From the NCBI GenBank assembly GCA_965203295.1, contig CBDBCZ010000018.1, positions 1,056,001-1,120,000 on the forward strand: a stretch of 64,000 bases of DNA. The letters are read 5' to 3'. Source of the stretch: Nitrospirales bacterium (GTDB lineage Bacteria > Nitrospirota > Nitrospiria > Nitrospirales > UBA8639). Numbering within the stretch: position 1 is the stretch's first letter; each line of letters starts with the position of its first letter. This document shows, one piece after another, positions 13,001 through 27,200 of this stretch. The position numbers and the translations under genes were made by a program. Under the pieces are notes generated by a model. It ran no database searches. It was not told the origin of the DNA and saw nothing but the letters and a program-made list of their open reading frames with translations.

Positions 13001-14661
13001 GAAACAGCTTAAAGAAGCAGAAAGGCCTGTACAAAGTATTAACGCCTAGTATTAAAACCTCCATATAAATTCATATGGGCTTATGGGAGCTCATGACGCA
13101 TATATGCGTCATTGGTTGGTAAAGAGTTAATATATCCATAAGGAGGACCTCAGGGTGCTTCCCTGCTATATAAATTCTGAATCCTAGCTGTAAGTTCACA
13201 GCGCATGTCTTAGTTGATTGATCCTAGCTGCCACAGGGGCAGCAGAAACTTAGGGATGCTTGTTATTATAGTTAGTGAGTATTGGGAGGTGGTGGTGGGG
13301 GGAGCCTTCCGTAAGCAGGTCATTACTAATTGTAATGCACATAGATTCAATTTACCGTCATGGATAAACACAACGGCTGTATCAGGATTGACCATCACAG
13401 TAGGGTTGTTACGATCTCGAACAAGTCTCACAGTAAAACTCTCCATAACCTCAAAGAAACTGTCATCAGCGATAGTGATTTCCACTGGGACCACTGTGGT
13501 GCCTCGATCAAACACTAGCTGTCTTGACAGTGAATTGAAATCAGGGCCTGAGAAAGAGAAGCAGAGGAGAGATATGTATGCAGGTTACGAGTTATATAAC
13601 CCAAGAATTACACTATATAGATCAATTGTATGACTGCTGTTAGCTAAAGCATAATGATATACACTTTGTACAAGTGATAGCTAAATTTCAAACCGAATTG
13701 CAACTAAAAAGATCATTAATAGTTGCCGACATCTTGACTGCAATGTTGTAGTCTTGTAGTCAGGGCACAGCAATGCAGTACAAAATGTCGAAGCGTCAGT
13801 AAGTATTGATGATTTACATAGCTACAGGGTTGGTGGAACTGAATTGATTCACCAGTGGCAGAGTCAGAGCTGCGAATTTCAGTTGAGAAGGTCACAGTCA
13901 CCCTCTGCTGAAGGTCTCCTAGTACACTCACATACACAGTTGCTACACGATCACTCTCCAGTGCAGTGTACTCGGTTTGGTTGAATCCAATTCTGGGAGC
14001 TTTATGGAAATGAAAACACCTACCCCTCATACTAAACACATTTTATATTAAACCAATTCAAGACATGTCAGTGAAATACTAGCTGTTCTATATACGAAAC
14101 TAGCACTCTAGCTAATCACGAAGAATGCAGTGATTTTTTTGCATATTCTGTAGGTGCATATATGGGTATAGCTACCACAATAGTGAAATGATTAGGGAAC
14201 CCCTCACAATCATTGTCCAGTATTTCCACAAAAGCCACATTTGGTTCAAGTCGAATGTTTGTAGGGAAGTTGACAATAAATGGATCTGGAACAACTTCTA
14301 TGCTGAAAAACTCCACTCCCTCTGGTACATCATCATCAATGATTTAAATGTCAATACACGTTCGACGAATGACACCAGTGATGAGATCAAAGAAGATATC
14401 ATTGTCAGCTTGAAGTACAGTATAGTCACCGGGATCTTCATGCATGGAGAAATGAGGGAAAATATAATTCAACTCTCAACTCAAACTCTTGAGACAACTC
14501 ACCAGCAGCAGTGCCTCAAATGGTGTTGGCAGCAAGACTCACTTCGAATCCTTCTGGAAATGCTACGTCATCATCGATGTTTAAGACACGGACACAAAAC
14601 TCTAGTGTAATCTGGCTATCTATTATTCTGGTGACATTTTGTTCAAATCCGATTATGAAAT
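10033..14661 (-). pseudogene. Distal copy of the duplicated 3' half of Calx-beta paralog 2. Exons: 14503-14661*, 14208-14435*, 13853-13999, 13356-13547, 12275-12457 (Sushi/CCP), 11505-11642, 11232-11438, 11026-11166, 10679-10879, 10033-10148 (terminal)
   Basis: GT-AG phase-1 exons encode Calx-beta motifs (IGFNQTEYTALE, IIDDSIAEGMESFSV, VNDDFLETNEHFFVRL) and a Sushi domain (CPNPVGIVNG...ATYTCNSG...PPFC). Starred exons carry stops (TGA 14516-14518, TAA 14344-14346); the others are open and may be functional. Confidence 0.75.
12984..13126 (+). mobile_element. 143-bp piggyBac-like MITE with TTAA TSD
   Basis: TTAA|CCCTTTACCAACC...GGTTGGTAAAGAG|TTAA; absent from the paralogous intron near 17550. 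Confidence 0.85.
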
Positions 14662-15249
14662 CTGTCATGTGAGAAAAGATTCAAGTACACAACTATACTG
14701 TAAAACAAAAATACTTGTGTTAAACCAGCTAGCATGATTTGTAGCTGCACTACCAAATTATGCAGGAATCCAATTGCCATGGGGATTTGGAATGAATACA
14801 CTCACTATTAATATCGTTTACAGTAATTGTAGTGATGACAGTTGAATCGTTGGGATGACCATAGGAGTACTCGGCTTTTGTTTCAAACCTTAAAAAGAAA
14901 GCACTATACTAATTGTTTATGGTATTTGGTATCAGGGATTAGTAAGAATAGCCTCGTACCCAGGAGAATCACGCGGATTCGAAGGTGAGGCTCTTCCTAC
15001 CTTAAGAATGAAAATGAAACATGCAATTTATAGATTACACTCAATGTAAGTATTCTACAGCACTGTCACATCTATACAGTGTACAACACAAACTATAAAA
15101 TTTAGAGTATGCACACAAAATAACTATTATAATTATGGTATATAGTTCGAAGTCTGGCTACATTACACGACACATTATAAACAGCTTCTTTATGAAGTTA
15201 GTCACACTATATAGTAGTGTTCTAAAGCATCACAGTTTGTGAGTGTCAC

Positions 15250-18200
15250 TCATCGAGGACACAGTCTGCCCCTCCTGAACCTGCGGTAGCAGACATCAAT
15301 GCAGTAGATGGCAAGAGGGTCAGTTGACAGGAGAGGGTTCTCAGAGACTGGGACTCCAGCTGCAGGGCATTCTGTGTGCATAGAAGTCAATGTATTAATT
15401 AATTAAGCTAATTAATAGTAAAACAGAAATTACTAAAGCGATGAGGACACTATTCATCTTTGATGCAACCTGCTTTCTGCCTTGATCAACTGCGGATACT
15501 AAATCAGACTGGAGACACATGATGTGATGTTTGTTTTACTCTATAGTGATGTACCGTATTATGGCACAGTACATGTACTTGAAGCTTCGATCACACACAA
15601 ATTCCAATTCTACAAGAATGTTTTTCCGATGATGTATGTACTTAAATAGGTCATACATTGATAATCTCGAGCCATCAATGGAGGCTGCATGTACGTAATT
15701 TGGCCACATATCTTGCGACTGTATAATTTCAAAAATAATATCTAGGGTACTAAAAGTAATTTTGACAAACTGCTATACTTATGACTGTATAAGAATCATG
15801 CGTATGCATATCTGTAGTTTAAAATACTATTATTCAAAGACAAAATTGCCAGACAGCTAGGCAATGCCTGCAAACTGTAATAAGGATCATAAACTCACGA
15901 TCATCTGATGTAATAACTATCCTTGTCTGGTTGCGTATGATGGAGACAGGCACCTCAGAGGATGCTATCTCCAATCTGACAAAGAAATGCTCGTTTGTTT
16001 CCAGGAATTCGTCATTTACAATCTCAACTTCAGTAGTGTGTGTGGTTGCGAGTGAGCTAAATGTCAAATTCATGTCAACAGCACGATAGTCATCTGGAGC
16101 TACATGAGAAAGTACAAGAGATGAACAAATAACATTCACGTACCCATCTCTGGAAGTACTATTTTACCCAGTATGAGGAAACCAGATTTGATTAATGGCA
16201 GTTTTGTAGTTGCAACATACTTACCTTTAGCCACTCCATCTACTGTGTAGATCCGAATGGTGATTTCCGTTTCTAATCTGCCTGACACCACCTGTACTGT
16301 TACTGGTACACCTCCAGTGCCTTCACTTGCACGTTGCCGAGCTTGAGTGAAGCCAATGGCAACGGCTGCAAAGATAAAAACAAATCATAGAGCGTAATTG
16401 CAGTGATTTATTCCTACCATTGCTATCAACAATTGTTACAGTTGTAATAAAAATGTCTCCCAGTACAACATCTGTGTCTCCGCTTCGAACACTGGTCGCG
16501 AGCTCAACACCGCAGCCCTCCACACCCTCTGTTACACTGTCATTTATAACTTGGACTGTTAGAATTCGCAGCTGTTGGTCACCACCGGGTGGCAGTGTTA
16601 CTGTTCATTTGGAGCTCCGGAATCTTATCCAGCTGTATTTGAGAGACAAGTGTGAAGCACATAGCAGTAAGATCAAATTTCCTCACCAGTTGCATTCATT
16701 GATAGTAGATCGAGTACCTGCAATATGGAGTGATATTCTCTCCCTCTTGTTAGCAGTCAGTAGCTGCATTCCATCAGCTTCACCTACAGTGTCCTCAGGT
16801 TGAGTAAACTGGACAGTCATATCTGTATATAGGTGGAAATGGTTGTTAGGATGAACTATTCTGCAAATTACTGTGTGTATATACAGTACGTAGCTATTCA
16901 TAGCTCTCATTAACCCACGTATGTTTATCTAAGTGAACATTTCATCTGAAACTTCTCATCAATGGCACAAGGCATAATCAGTCAACACTCTCAGGGCTCT
17001 AGCTATCTACTGGCGGGAATATTTAATTGTAGATTTTAGGTAATGTTGTGATACACTCCTAAGTGTAATAATGAGGTTAGAAAATGGTTGTATATAATAG
17101 CAAACCTATACTCTAGTTACATTGATGTAATACTCACGCCTATTAAATGACGGTGCCACTGAAAATGCTGCATTGTTCACATTCACTTCTGAGCATGTCA
17201 TGGTCTCATTTTCAATCAGCTCAAAGCAGTCGTAGGTGTAGGTAGCAGTGTCACCAACGGACGGATGGAGTTGCCAGTGATTGTCACCTTGCCATTGTCA
17301 TTGTCAACCAGACTAGGACACAAGTGCTTCCAAAAATGGTTCATGCAAATCATTCACAAAAACAACAAATGCACCACCCATGATCCAAAATGGCCTGTTC
17401 ATCAAGCCAGCCAATATCAGTGGTTATAGTGTAGCTATTCACTGTTAAGTGTAATGCTAATTAGGTGGTGCATGTATTAATGGTTGGTCTAAAGGATGAT
17501 TCACAGAGGAGATCATTACAATCCGTGGGAGTTTACTAGAAAGATTTTTCACTATCCCATAAGGAGGACATTAGGGTGTTTCCCACCCAAATTCTGAATC
17601 CTAGCTGTAAGTTCACAGCGCATGTCTTTGTGTATTGAACCTAGCTGCCACAGGGGCAGCAGAAAGTTAAGGTTGCTTATACAGCTGTTAGTGAATATTG
17701 GGAGGTGATGGTGGGAGGAGCCTGCCATAGGCAAGTCGTTACTAATTGTAATACACATAGATTCAATTTACCGTCATGGATAGACACAACGGCTGTATCG
17801 GGATTGATCATCACTTCATCGGTAGGGTTAGCAAGTCTCACAGTGAAGCTCTCAACAACCTCAAGGAAACTGTCATCAACGATAGTGATTTCCACTGGGA
17901 CCACTGCGGTACCTCGATCAAACACTAGCTGTCTTGACAGTGAAACAAAATCGGTGTCTGCTATAATTATAGGAAAGAGAAGTAGAGCAGAGGTATGCAG
18001 GATACACTGTATAAAGGTATATTTACTTAATGTAGATCACTTGCATGACTATATATAGTCAGATAAAGCAAAACAGATATATACACTATGTACAAGTGAT
18101 AGCACAGTTTCTTCAATTCCAACACAAATTACAGCAAAGATCACCAATATTTGCTGACATTTCGACTACAACGTTGTAGTCTTCTTCAGGGAACGGCAAT

Positions 18201-21200
18201 GCAGTACAATGAATGGGATTAAATACTAAACCCGTGCAATTTGTACTGTATTGCTGTGCCCTGACCACAACATTGTAGTGGAAACGTCGGCAACTATTGA
18301 TGATCTTCTTTGCTGCAAATCGAGTTGGAAACTTTGCTATCATGAATTCTCGCTAACCAACGGAGAAATTCTCTGAACAATAACTATGTACAAATATTAA
18401 TTCCAATCCCACTGCGATTGTAAAGCTGTTGTACAGAAGTATACGCTACAGGGTTGGTGGAACTGAATTGATTCACCAGTGGCTGAGTCAGAGATGCGAA
18501 TTTCAGTTGAGAAGGCCACAGTCACCCTCTGTTGAAGGTCTCCTAGGACACTCACGTACACAGTTGCTACACGATCACTCTCCAGTGCAGTGTACTCAGT
18601 TTGGTTGAATCCAATTCTGGGAGCTGTACAACATGCATGGAAATGAGACTACGATAGTGTTTTTTCTCTAGTAGAATATTATAGGAGCCCAAACTGAGCA
18701 CATTTATATCAAACCAATTCAAGTCATGTTCAGTGAAACACTAGTTGTTCCATATACAAAACTAGCACTAACTAATCATGAAGAATGCAGTGAATTTTTT
18801 TTGTATACTCTGTATGTGCATATATGGGTATAGCTACCGCAATAGTGAAATGAATAGGGATCCCCTCACAATCATTGTCCAGTATTTCCACGAAAGCCAC
18901 ACTTGGATCAAGTCGAACATTTGCAGGGAAGTTGACCATAAATGGATCTGGAACAACTTCTATGCTGAAAAACTCCACTCCTTCTGGTACATCATCATCA
19001 ATGATTTGAATTTCAATACACGTTCGACGAATGATACCAGTGATGAGATCAAAGAAGATATCATTGCCAGCTTGAAGTACAGTATAGTCACCGGGATCTT
19101 CATGCATGGAGAAATGAGGGAAAATATAATTCAACTCTCAACTCAAACTCTTGAGACAACTCACCAGTAGCAGTGCCTCGAATGGTGTTGGCGGCAAGAC
19201 TCACTTCGAATCCTTCTGGAAATGCTACGTCATCATCAATGTTCATGACACGGACACAAAACTCAAGTGTACTCTGGCTTTCTATTATTCTGGTGACATT
19301 TTGTTCAAATCCGATTATGAAATCTGTCATGTGAGAAAAAGATTCAAGTACACAACTATACCGAAAAACAAAAATACTTGTGTTAAACCAGCAAGGGTTA
19401 TCTGCATGAGTTGTAGCTGCACTACCAAATTATGCAGGAAGCCAATTACCATGGGAATTTGACCCCCCTAGAAAAATTACGCCCAGTATGTGCAGATCCC
19501 ACCCACCACCACTTTCAAAATCTTCTTCCACAAGCAAAAAATCCTGGTACATCATTTCAAGGATTTTAGCTGCCATGTAATTATTTCGAATTCCCATAGA
19601 TCAGTTTCCTGCAATAGAAATTGCTTAGATTGATAGTGCAGCTGCAAGTGACATTACCCTACCTGGTTTAAATAATTTTACAACAAATATGTAGGTATCA
19701 CAAGGAGGTTAAGTATCAAAGATGTCATGCCACAATACAGACTGTAATAGCTGGGTGAGGGTCCCAGTGGAGTCACACTTGACAACATAAAATCGTGGAC
19801 AAAAAGGAAAAAAAGCTTTGTCTCTATTGCCTGTACGATTTTAGTCATTTAATGGCAGATACAGTTTGCAGGACAGAACTACCTCTTAAGCTTGTCTGAG
19901 CTGAAAGCCTCATACCAACCTCATACCAACTAACCATCATCATCTATAATGACAACAGTTGCTGTGGCAAAGAGACTGCCTCTGTTAGCTGCAAGGTTGA
20001 TGTTTGTGACTCCCTGATCTTCCAGGGATAGCTGGATTTGAAATGTTTCAATAGGCTCAGGAACATTAGGATTTGCAGCACTATCATCAAATAATTCAAA
20101 GCCATAGTCTATCTCCTGCTCATCAGCATCAAAATGCTGTCTCTGTACTTGTGGATTGGCTACAAAATCTTCATCTGGTTGTGCAGCTGTAGGACCACTT
20201 TCAAGTGTAAGTGTGGCAATCACTGCAAATGTAAGTTCTGATTGCTGGTTATTCTCTTTAATAATTGGAATTCGTATTATTTCACCATTGGCGTCGATGG
20301 CTTCAGATACTGTATATCTCTCCTGTTCAAACCCAATATTGATAGCTGCACAATGAAATAAAAAAAATACCAGCACCATAAAGTTTCTCAAGTTGTGTAA
20401 GCATTACTAATTAAGGCAGAGCCACTATATAGCAAAGCATCCAGGACAATGGGCGTAAGCGTGTCAGATAAGATATTCAGATATAATGAATGCCTACTGG
20501 GATACTTCTGTTGGGTCTCTGGTTATGGGTCTGGGTGGGGACTACTTCATGGAATGGAACTGAAAGAAACAAAGCAAAATTGCAAAGCAAAATTGCAAAG
20601 TGTAAAGCCCAGAACTTAGAGCTGTGAACATGAACCTAACCCTAACCCTAAACTGCTTAGTCTGCAGTTTCAGTATGTTCCATTCTGTTCCATGAAATCT
20701 GCCTGGGTCTGAGGTTACGGCTCGAGGTTTACAGGTCAGAGTTGACAGCTCCTGAATAGAACTGATCAATTTAGGGATTTGAATGGCTTAATGTACATTA
20801 CCATGGCAACCACTTTTTCCCATGCTTATAGCACTCAAAGGAAGCCACATACAGGGATCATTGCTATACCAATGTACATTAAATCAGTTAAAGGTCAGTT
20901 TGGGTGAGGGGTTAAACTCCTTGGCTTCGCCTCGGACTTACCCCTCACCCAAACTGACCTTTAACTATTACTTATATGATGCAGTGACATCACATAACTT
21001 ATTAACATATTTAACCTTTTTCTTGTGCCTATGATGTAATAATTTGAATCCTTACGGTCATCATCGATGATTCTTCCCAAAGCTGCAAACCGTCCACTCC
21101 GTAAATTAACCCTCTCCGGATTAGCTGCACTAACAACCTCCATGAATAGAGCAAAATACTGCTCCCCTTCATTGATATCATCATTTGTTATTCCAATATC

Positions 21201-24200
21201 GAGAGTTGTGACAGTTGCACCTCCAGCTACAAAGATGATTTCCACGGGCACAGCGGAAAAATCAGCAATACCTGTGAAAAAATAGTAACAGTTAGTTATT
21301 ATTCTGCACATGATAGTAGCTTACTTAGGAACTTACTTGTGGCAATGTTAGGTGCATCAGGGTCGAAAGGAGGAATTGTAGGAAAGGCAGATGGTTATGG
21401 ACGGGTGAGTGCTTCAGTGATGTCTACTGGAACTATTTGCACTGTCAAGTCAGTGGCTATGTTTGTAAGCAGTTGCACTGCAGGTTGTATAACCTCTGCA
21501 CTTTCCAAATTAGAATAAGTTGAATCAAGGAACTGAAGTGTGGCATCTGAAAAACATGGAAAGTGCACAAAATATTGCACAGTACTATACAATACTATAC
21601 TAGCTTGAAGCAAAACACCACATTAAAGCTTCAACGCTCACTCTCAAATGCGTTATTTGTAACTTACTCTCTACATCTGCAATGACAACATGTAGTGTTG
21701 GAGCCACAAATTGTCCAGCCCCTGCTGGAGCTATTATAGCTCTTCCGGCATTATTGAGTCCCTCCAATGTCAGTGTAAAATCCTCGGCTGGTTCAAGTGC
21801 TACACCATCAAGTCGGACAAAGGTGGTAAGGTCAAATGGCACTCTGGCATCTGGCCCTTGAATTTCAAATGTTGTCGGTTGGATTGTAAAATCAGCATTG
21901 GGACCTTGCGCTGCAAGTCAATGAAAATCAATGAGTCCATGTATATTATAGTATGGAAAGAGTTACGTAATAAAAGGTTCATACACCAAGAGTCGAGGCT
22001 CGGGGCCGCAGCTGCTGATACACAGAAGTGGCCACTGTTCTTATTGTTTAATATTATATGACCAGTAGCGCATGGACCACCTATATAACCAACTGATGAA
22101 AAATACAGCTCTAAAAGCTCACACTTACTGGCACTTCCTGTAACATCTATACCGAAATGTGCCAAGTTTCTTCTGTCTATGCCTGTCAGTGTTTGCACAT
22201 TCCCTCCTTTAATGAACCCTATGGACAGGAGTATAGCTTCGCCTTGCTCTTCTAGTGAGATCTCTGGCGCATTTAGAAATCCAAACACTGTAACAAAAAA
22301 AGATTAAAAGTAGTAGGTAAACCAAGTTTGGGGCATTGCATGCAAGATACAGCTTAAAATTGACCTTGTGGGTTTGTGCCACATAAAATCACCTTACAAA
22401 CTCCAGATTGGCATGTGGTACCTAGCATACCACCTTCACTTCTGTATCTTACTACAGAAAAAGTGCTTTACCAAAGTGCAAAAACCATTCATGTAGCTAG
22501 GGATGCACTTCCGTAGCTACAACTCTCACCGCAATGCATCCACAAGTTACCTGGCCAGGCTAACTACGCATCCCGAAGCAATGCATTGCTGCTACAAATC
22601 AGAGCAAAGTGTGTTTACGCAGATCATTCTGGTAATTGAAGATGTAGAGACGATAGTCACCGATCTGTCAACGCACTGTGCTGTGATCTGTATAGCTACT
22701 CTGTAACACATTGCGATGTGATCATGCAGAGTCATTCAATGGCGTAAAATGGCAAACGTCAACTCGAGAGTGCTCATGAATCACTGCTGTACTAATCCGA
22801 GTTCTTTACAAATGCTATGCCATAAAGGCACTACCCGAGGGTCAATCATGCCCGTTTGTGCTGTGATCACTGCAGCCTGGCTGAAAGTAGATATAAGTTT
22901 AGGACTTCCTGATATAGCTACTGCTGCGATAGTTTGCAATGGTTTGTAGCCACTGGTGTTACTGTGTAGTGAAACGTAATTGTCCTCTAGCATCCTTGTT
23001 GCTAATGCATGTAAACACCTGAGAGTATAAGTGGTATGGCATCTAGAGCAGAGTTCTGTTCGTATGTTGTTGTACACGTCATGTGACGTTGCGTATGCGG
23101 TATACTACCCTAATACAAACATGGCACAGTGCAGATAACACCGAATCCCTGCAATTTTTTATCCAAAAAATTGGCAAGGGGCTGAAAAAAATGCATGACA
23201 GAAAGTACTTGATAGTGCATATAGCAATATAGGTATTCCTTCTTATTATTTGTCACAAAAATGAAACATAACAACTTGCTTAGTTGTACAGTATGAAACT
23301 GTCCCTACAAACTCCAATAAACACTCTCAAATTGAATGGTAAATAAGCTAGCACTCCATACTAGTTCAATCAGAAGACATTAGAATTAGACCACTCCAGG
23401 TCAGGCTAGCCCGTTATGTACAATCCTTATCAAAATCTTTAAATAAATTGAAAATCTAAGGCAGACGTTGGATGGTCCAGCAACAAACCCTTGCCTCATC
23501 CCCAAGCCTTCCCCTGCACAAGCAAACTGAGTAAAGTTTTTATGCGTGCGGGGAAGGGCTGTGGATGAGGCTAATTGAATCCATCATGCTTCATGATGGA
23601 ATGAAATAATTTTGCAATGTTGGTGTATTTTAGATTGTGCTAAAATTGAACAAATATTATGGATGCGCTAAGGAATGATTATTTGAACCTATCATTTCAT
23701 ACCAATGCAGGCTGTACAAAATTCATCGCCTGTGGTGTCCTCAAAGAAAAACCCAGGGTTCTCAAGACAGCATTCTTCAATGGTTGCAGCTTCGAAATTA
23801 GGAGTATTAGTGAAGCAATTCAATTCCCCAGCAAAAGAGGGTACAGTGTAGCATCTGATCTGTGCACTTCCTGTAGGGAGAGAAAGTAGACTCCACTGAA
23901 TGATATTGTACACAAATGAACAGCTATCTGAAAATGGCCTTATTGAAAAAGAATTTTACTTCATTCCAAGGCTATAAGTTGGTAGAGAGTTTTAGCATTT
24001 AATTTTACTAGTCAATGATCATCCTCGGATGCCAATTCTTTATCAGTTGCAATCTCACACCAGGCATATTTCTAGGCATATAACTAGATAATCTCATGAA
24101 AAAGCAGGAATATAACTCCAGTATGCCATTGAAAAAAAAACCACAATTGCCCACCCAGGAAGTATTATGATCAGCCACAATGATCATATCCTGTATGTAT

Positions 24201-27200
24201 TGACCTCTGTACTGATATATATTTTATCAGTATTCATAGCTTCCTGCACGGAAATAACAACCACAAAAAATGTCGCCCTCGTGTGATAATGCGCTATATG
24301 AGTCGCTTTGCAACTTGTCTTGACGGTGCTTCCTTTTAGGTTCTCTATGGTTTGTAACTTGTCAGTGCATCTTTAGAGCCTAGTAGAGATACTATATTCC
24401 AAATGTCTAAGTCAGTTAGACACCCTGTAAGGTTTCTCTCGGTTTCGACAACCTTAGCACTTAACATAATTACCTCAGGTATGCCTCAGTAATTATGTTA
24501 ACTGCTGCAGTTGTCAAAACCTCAAAAAAAAACTGTACTCGGTGTCTAACCTACACATAGGCAATCAGAAAAACACGGAAAACGTAAAGCAATCATAGGA
24601 CCAGCTGCAGCACGCTGTGCGCTCCGGCTGGTAAAAACAGTCTAAACAAACTATAGGTGTCCACAATCTAATGGATACTGTTCGGCCATTATAGTGGTCC
24701 ATCAAAACAGCATGCATGATAAACCAGAACTTCCACACCTAAATTCACTGAAAGTTGGAGTTACAGGTAAGCATTGGACCTGTTGTGTACTTACTGAAAG
24801 GGAGAGAAGAATTATGGTGATATTTTTTTGCTACAAGCCTCATAAAATCTTTTCTCCTTAGCTCCTTATGGGTTTTAGGAAGGGTTCTTCCTAAATACCA
24901 CTCTGTGCAAAGAACTACTGGAAAGTTTTCCCTGAATCAATAGTGCTGACATTACTTCACCCCCTGGTAGACAAACTGTACTGATTAAGATGTGCCTGAG
25001 TGAGCCTCACACTAGCAATGTCTAAGTGTGCCTCAATCACACAGTGAGTGTAATCCGTAAAATTAGCTCGCTTGCTATATATAACATTAATTATCATGAA
25101 CAGTACACAAGAGTCACCTTTTGCCACTAAGGCAGTGAGAAGGCAAGTTGCAAGCAAAGCCACTGCATGCACCATCCTACCATCAAGCAATATTGCCTTA
25201 TCAATATCTAGTGTTCAATTACAAAAGTGAAAACACACAGAAAAGGCAAACTAATGAATGTTTACATTGAGACATACTGTTTTGTACATGCAATGATTTC
25301 TGCACATGCATGCTGATACTGGTCATGTGTGGGCATAGTTCAGTTTATATAGGGCTCTGCCCAATTGAATGCACTGAAAAACCATCACCTGATTTTATGG
25401 TCTGAGCAAGAATCACATAGTCACAGACATGTATGCACTGCAAAAATCAAAGGATGGTTTCAAACTAGCTGGGGTTATCTCAGTTGCAGTCTACAAAACA
25501 ATGCGTACGTAAACAAGTAGATCACTTTACCACCCTATTTCTCCAATTTCAGAAGAAAGGAAAGATCCATTAGGACTATTAGTAACACATATCTTGTTAC
25601 TAGTCTCACCAAAGAAAAAAAGATTTAGCTTGGCTTCCTGAGTAAAGTGATCTTATTGCACTGCACGTAACTGCAAATTCTCTGGTACTGGGGCTGCAAC
25701 TGAGGTAACAAAAAATTGGTTAATCAAACCACTTTATATTTGCAGTGTGGGCAAAGCTAAAATCCGTACCTCATGATTTTACTAAAATGAAATTGAAATA
25801 TATTTTGCCCTCAATGTGAGCATCCTTGTTCCCATGTACATTGATGAAAAAACACACAAAAATGGAAGTTAGGAGAGAGGGGAGTCTGGTAGATATTACA
25901 ACTTCGGTGTGACATGATTTTGGGCAGAGATTTGACATTATAAAATAGATGATTACGCTAAATGATTATGCTGCTCTTTGCATGATTATTGCTCTTGTTT
26001 ATCAATCTGCAGACTAGCAGCATATCCAGTCTAGAATATGACGTCACGTTTGTGTATTACTTATCGCTAAACGTATTTTATATGGGGGCTTATTGCGGCG
26101 CCAACGGGGCGGGAAGGCCCAAAAATGGAGCTTCGCTTCTGCGTTCATATCTCGGAAAAGCAAGCATATCTACATGAGATCTGCATATTGAATAAAAGTT
26201 CAACCTTTGCTGGTTCCGATGGTACCCAGCATTAGCGTGAACTCGGCCTTTTTGGGGACCCTACGAGCAAAAAGCGGCTGCCTATCAGAAAAAAGTTGTT
26301 TTTTCCATTTTCTGAACAAAGTGGTGCAAACCTTGCCAGCAGTAAGATTTCAGTGCAGCATCAACAAGCACAAGTTGAATCGAATGAAAAATCAAGTCCG
26401 GAGTCAATCGGCCTCGGAATGGCTGAGATACAAGCCATTAAATTGAGAGGCTGAAAACTGAGAAACACGGGTAGGACCTACACAAAAAAATAGGAGTGCT
26501 TCGGATATAACTGCACAGCAAAAATAATGCACTGGTTCCTATAGTCTCTTTTTCCCAGAAGATCTTTCCTACAGCTCTTGTACTTCGTCTTCAATGGCGG
26601 CTTTTGCATATTAAACTTTTTAGCCTTCCATTTTCGGAACAAACCGGTGCAAGTCTCTGAGAGCCTCGAAACTCGTACCAGATGTTGCTTTCCACGTGAA
26701 CTACTGGACGCAAGTGGTTTGGAATGCAAACGATCGCGATTCTGGACGATCTGGGGGAAAAAGGGACGAAAATTGAACATCTGGACCCCCAAACTTTGAG
26801 TTCAAAGTTCACACTTCCGCGTGGGTGTACACATACCATCATGATTACCTAGGCAACGGCGGCGTGCGCAAGCCTGTAGTGCTCTTTAATTAGCGTATGT
26901 AGCCGTTAGAATTGCATTTGCGGAGCTGTATCTTGCAAGAACGAGCTAAGGTGATGAGTTGTTCCTCTACGCGTGTTGCGACCCTGTTGAGAGCATTCCT
27001 CAGCGCGATTCCGCCACTGTAAGTGAGCTTTGCCAGGATGGTAGCCTGATATCTCGACTAGCAAGTCCGTTCTTAGTATCATTGCTCACAAACCCCCGTC
27101 TAGAACTCTATCTTCCGTTAGCCGACTATTTTACTGCTATAGCTACTACTTCAGTACCTTCATCTGGGCGTTACAGCAGCAATTCTTCAGCTCCTGCATC

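Noticed and set aside
13214..22061. Plus-strand ORFs such as 13214-13633, 14188-14610, 17705-18058 and 18778-19170
   Set aside because: They are antisense shadows of minus-strand Calx-beta exons.
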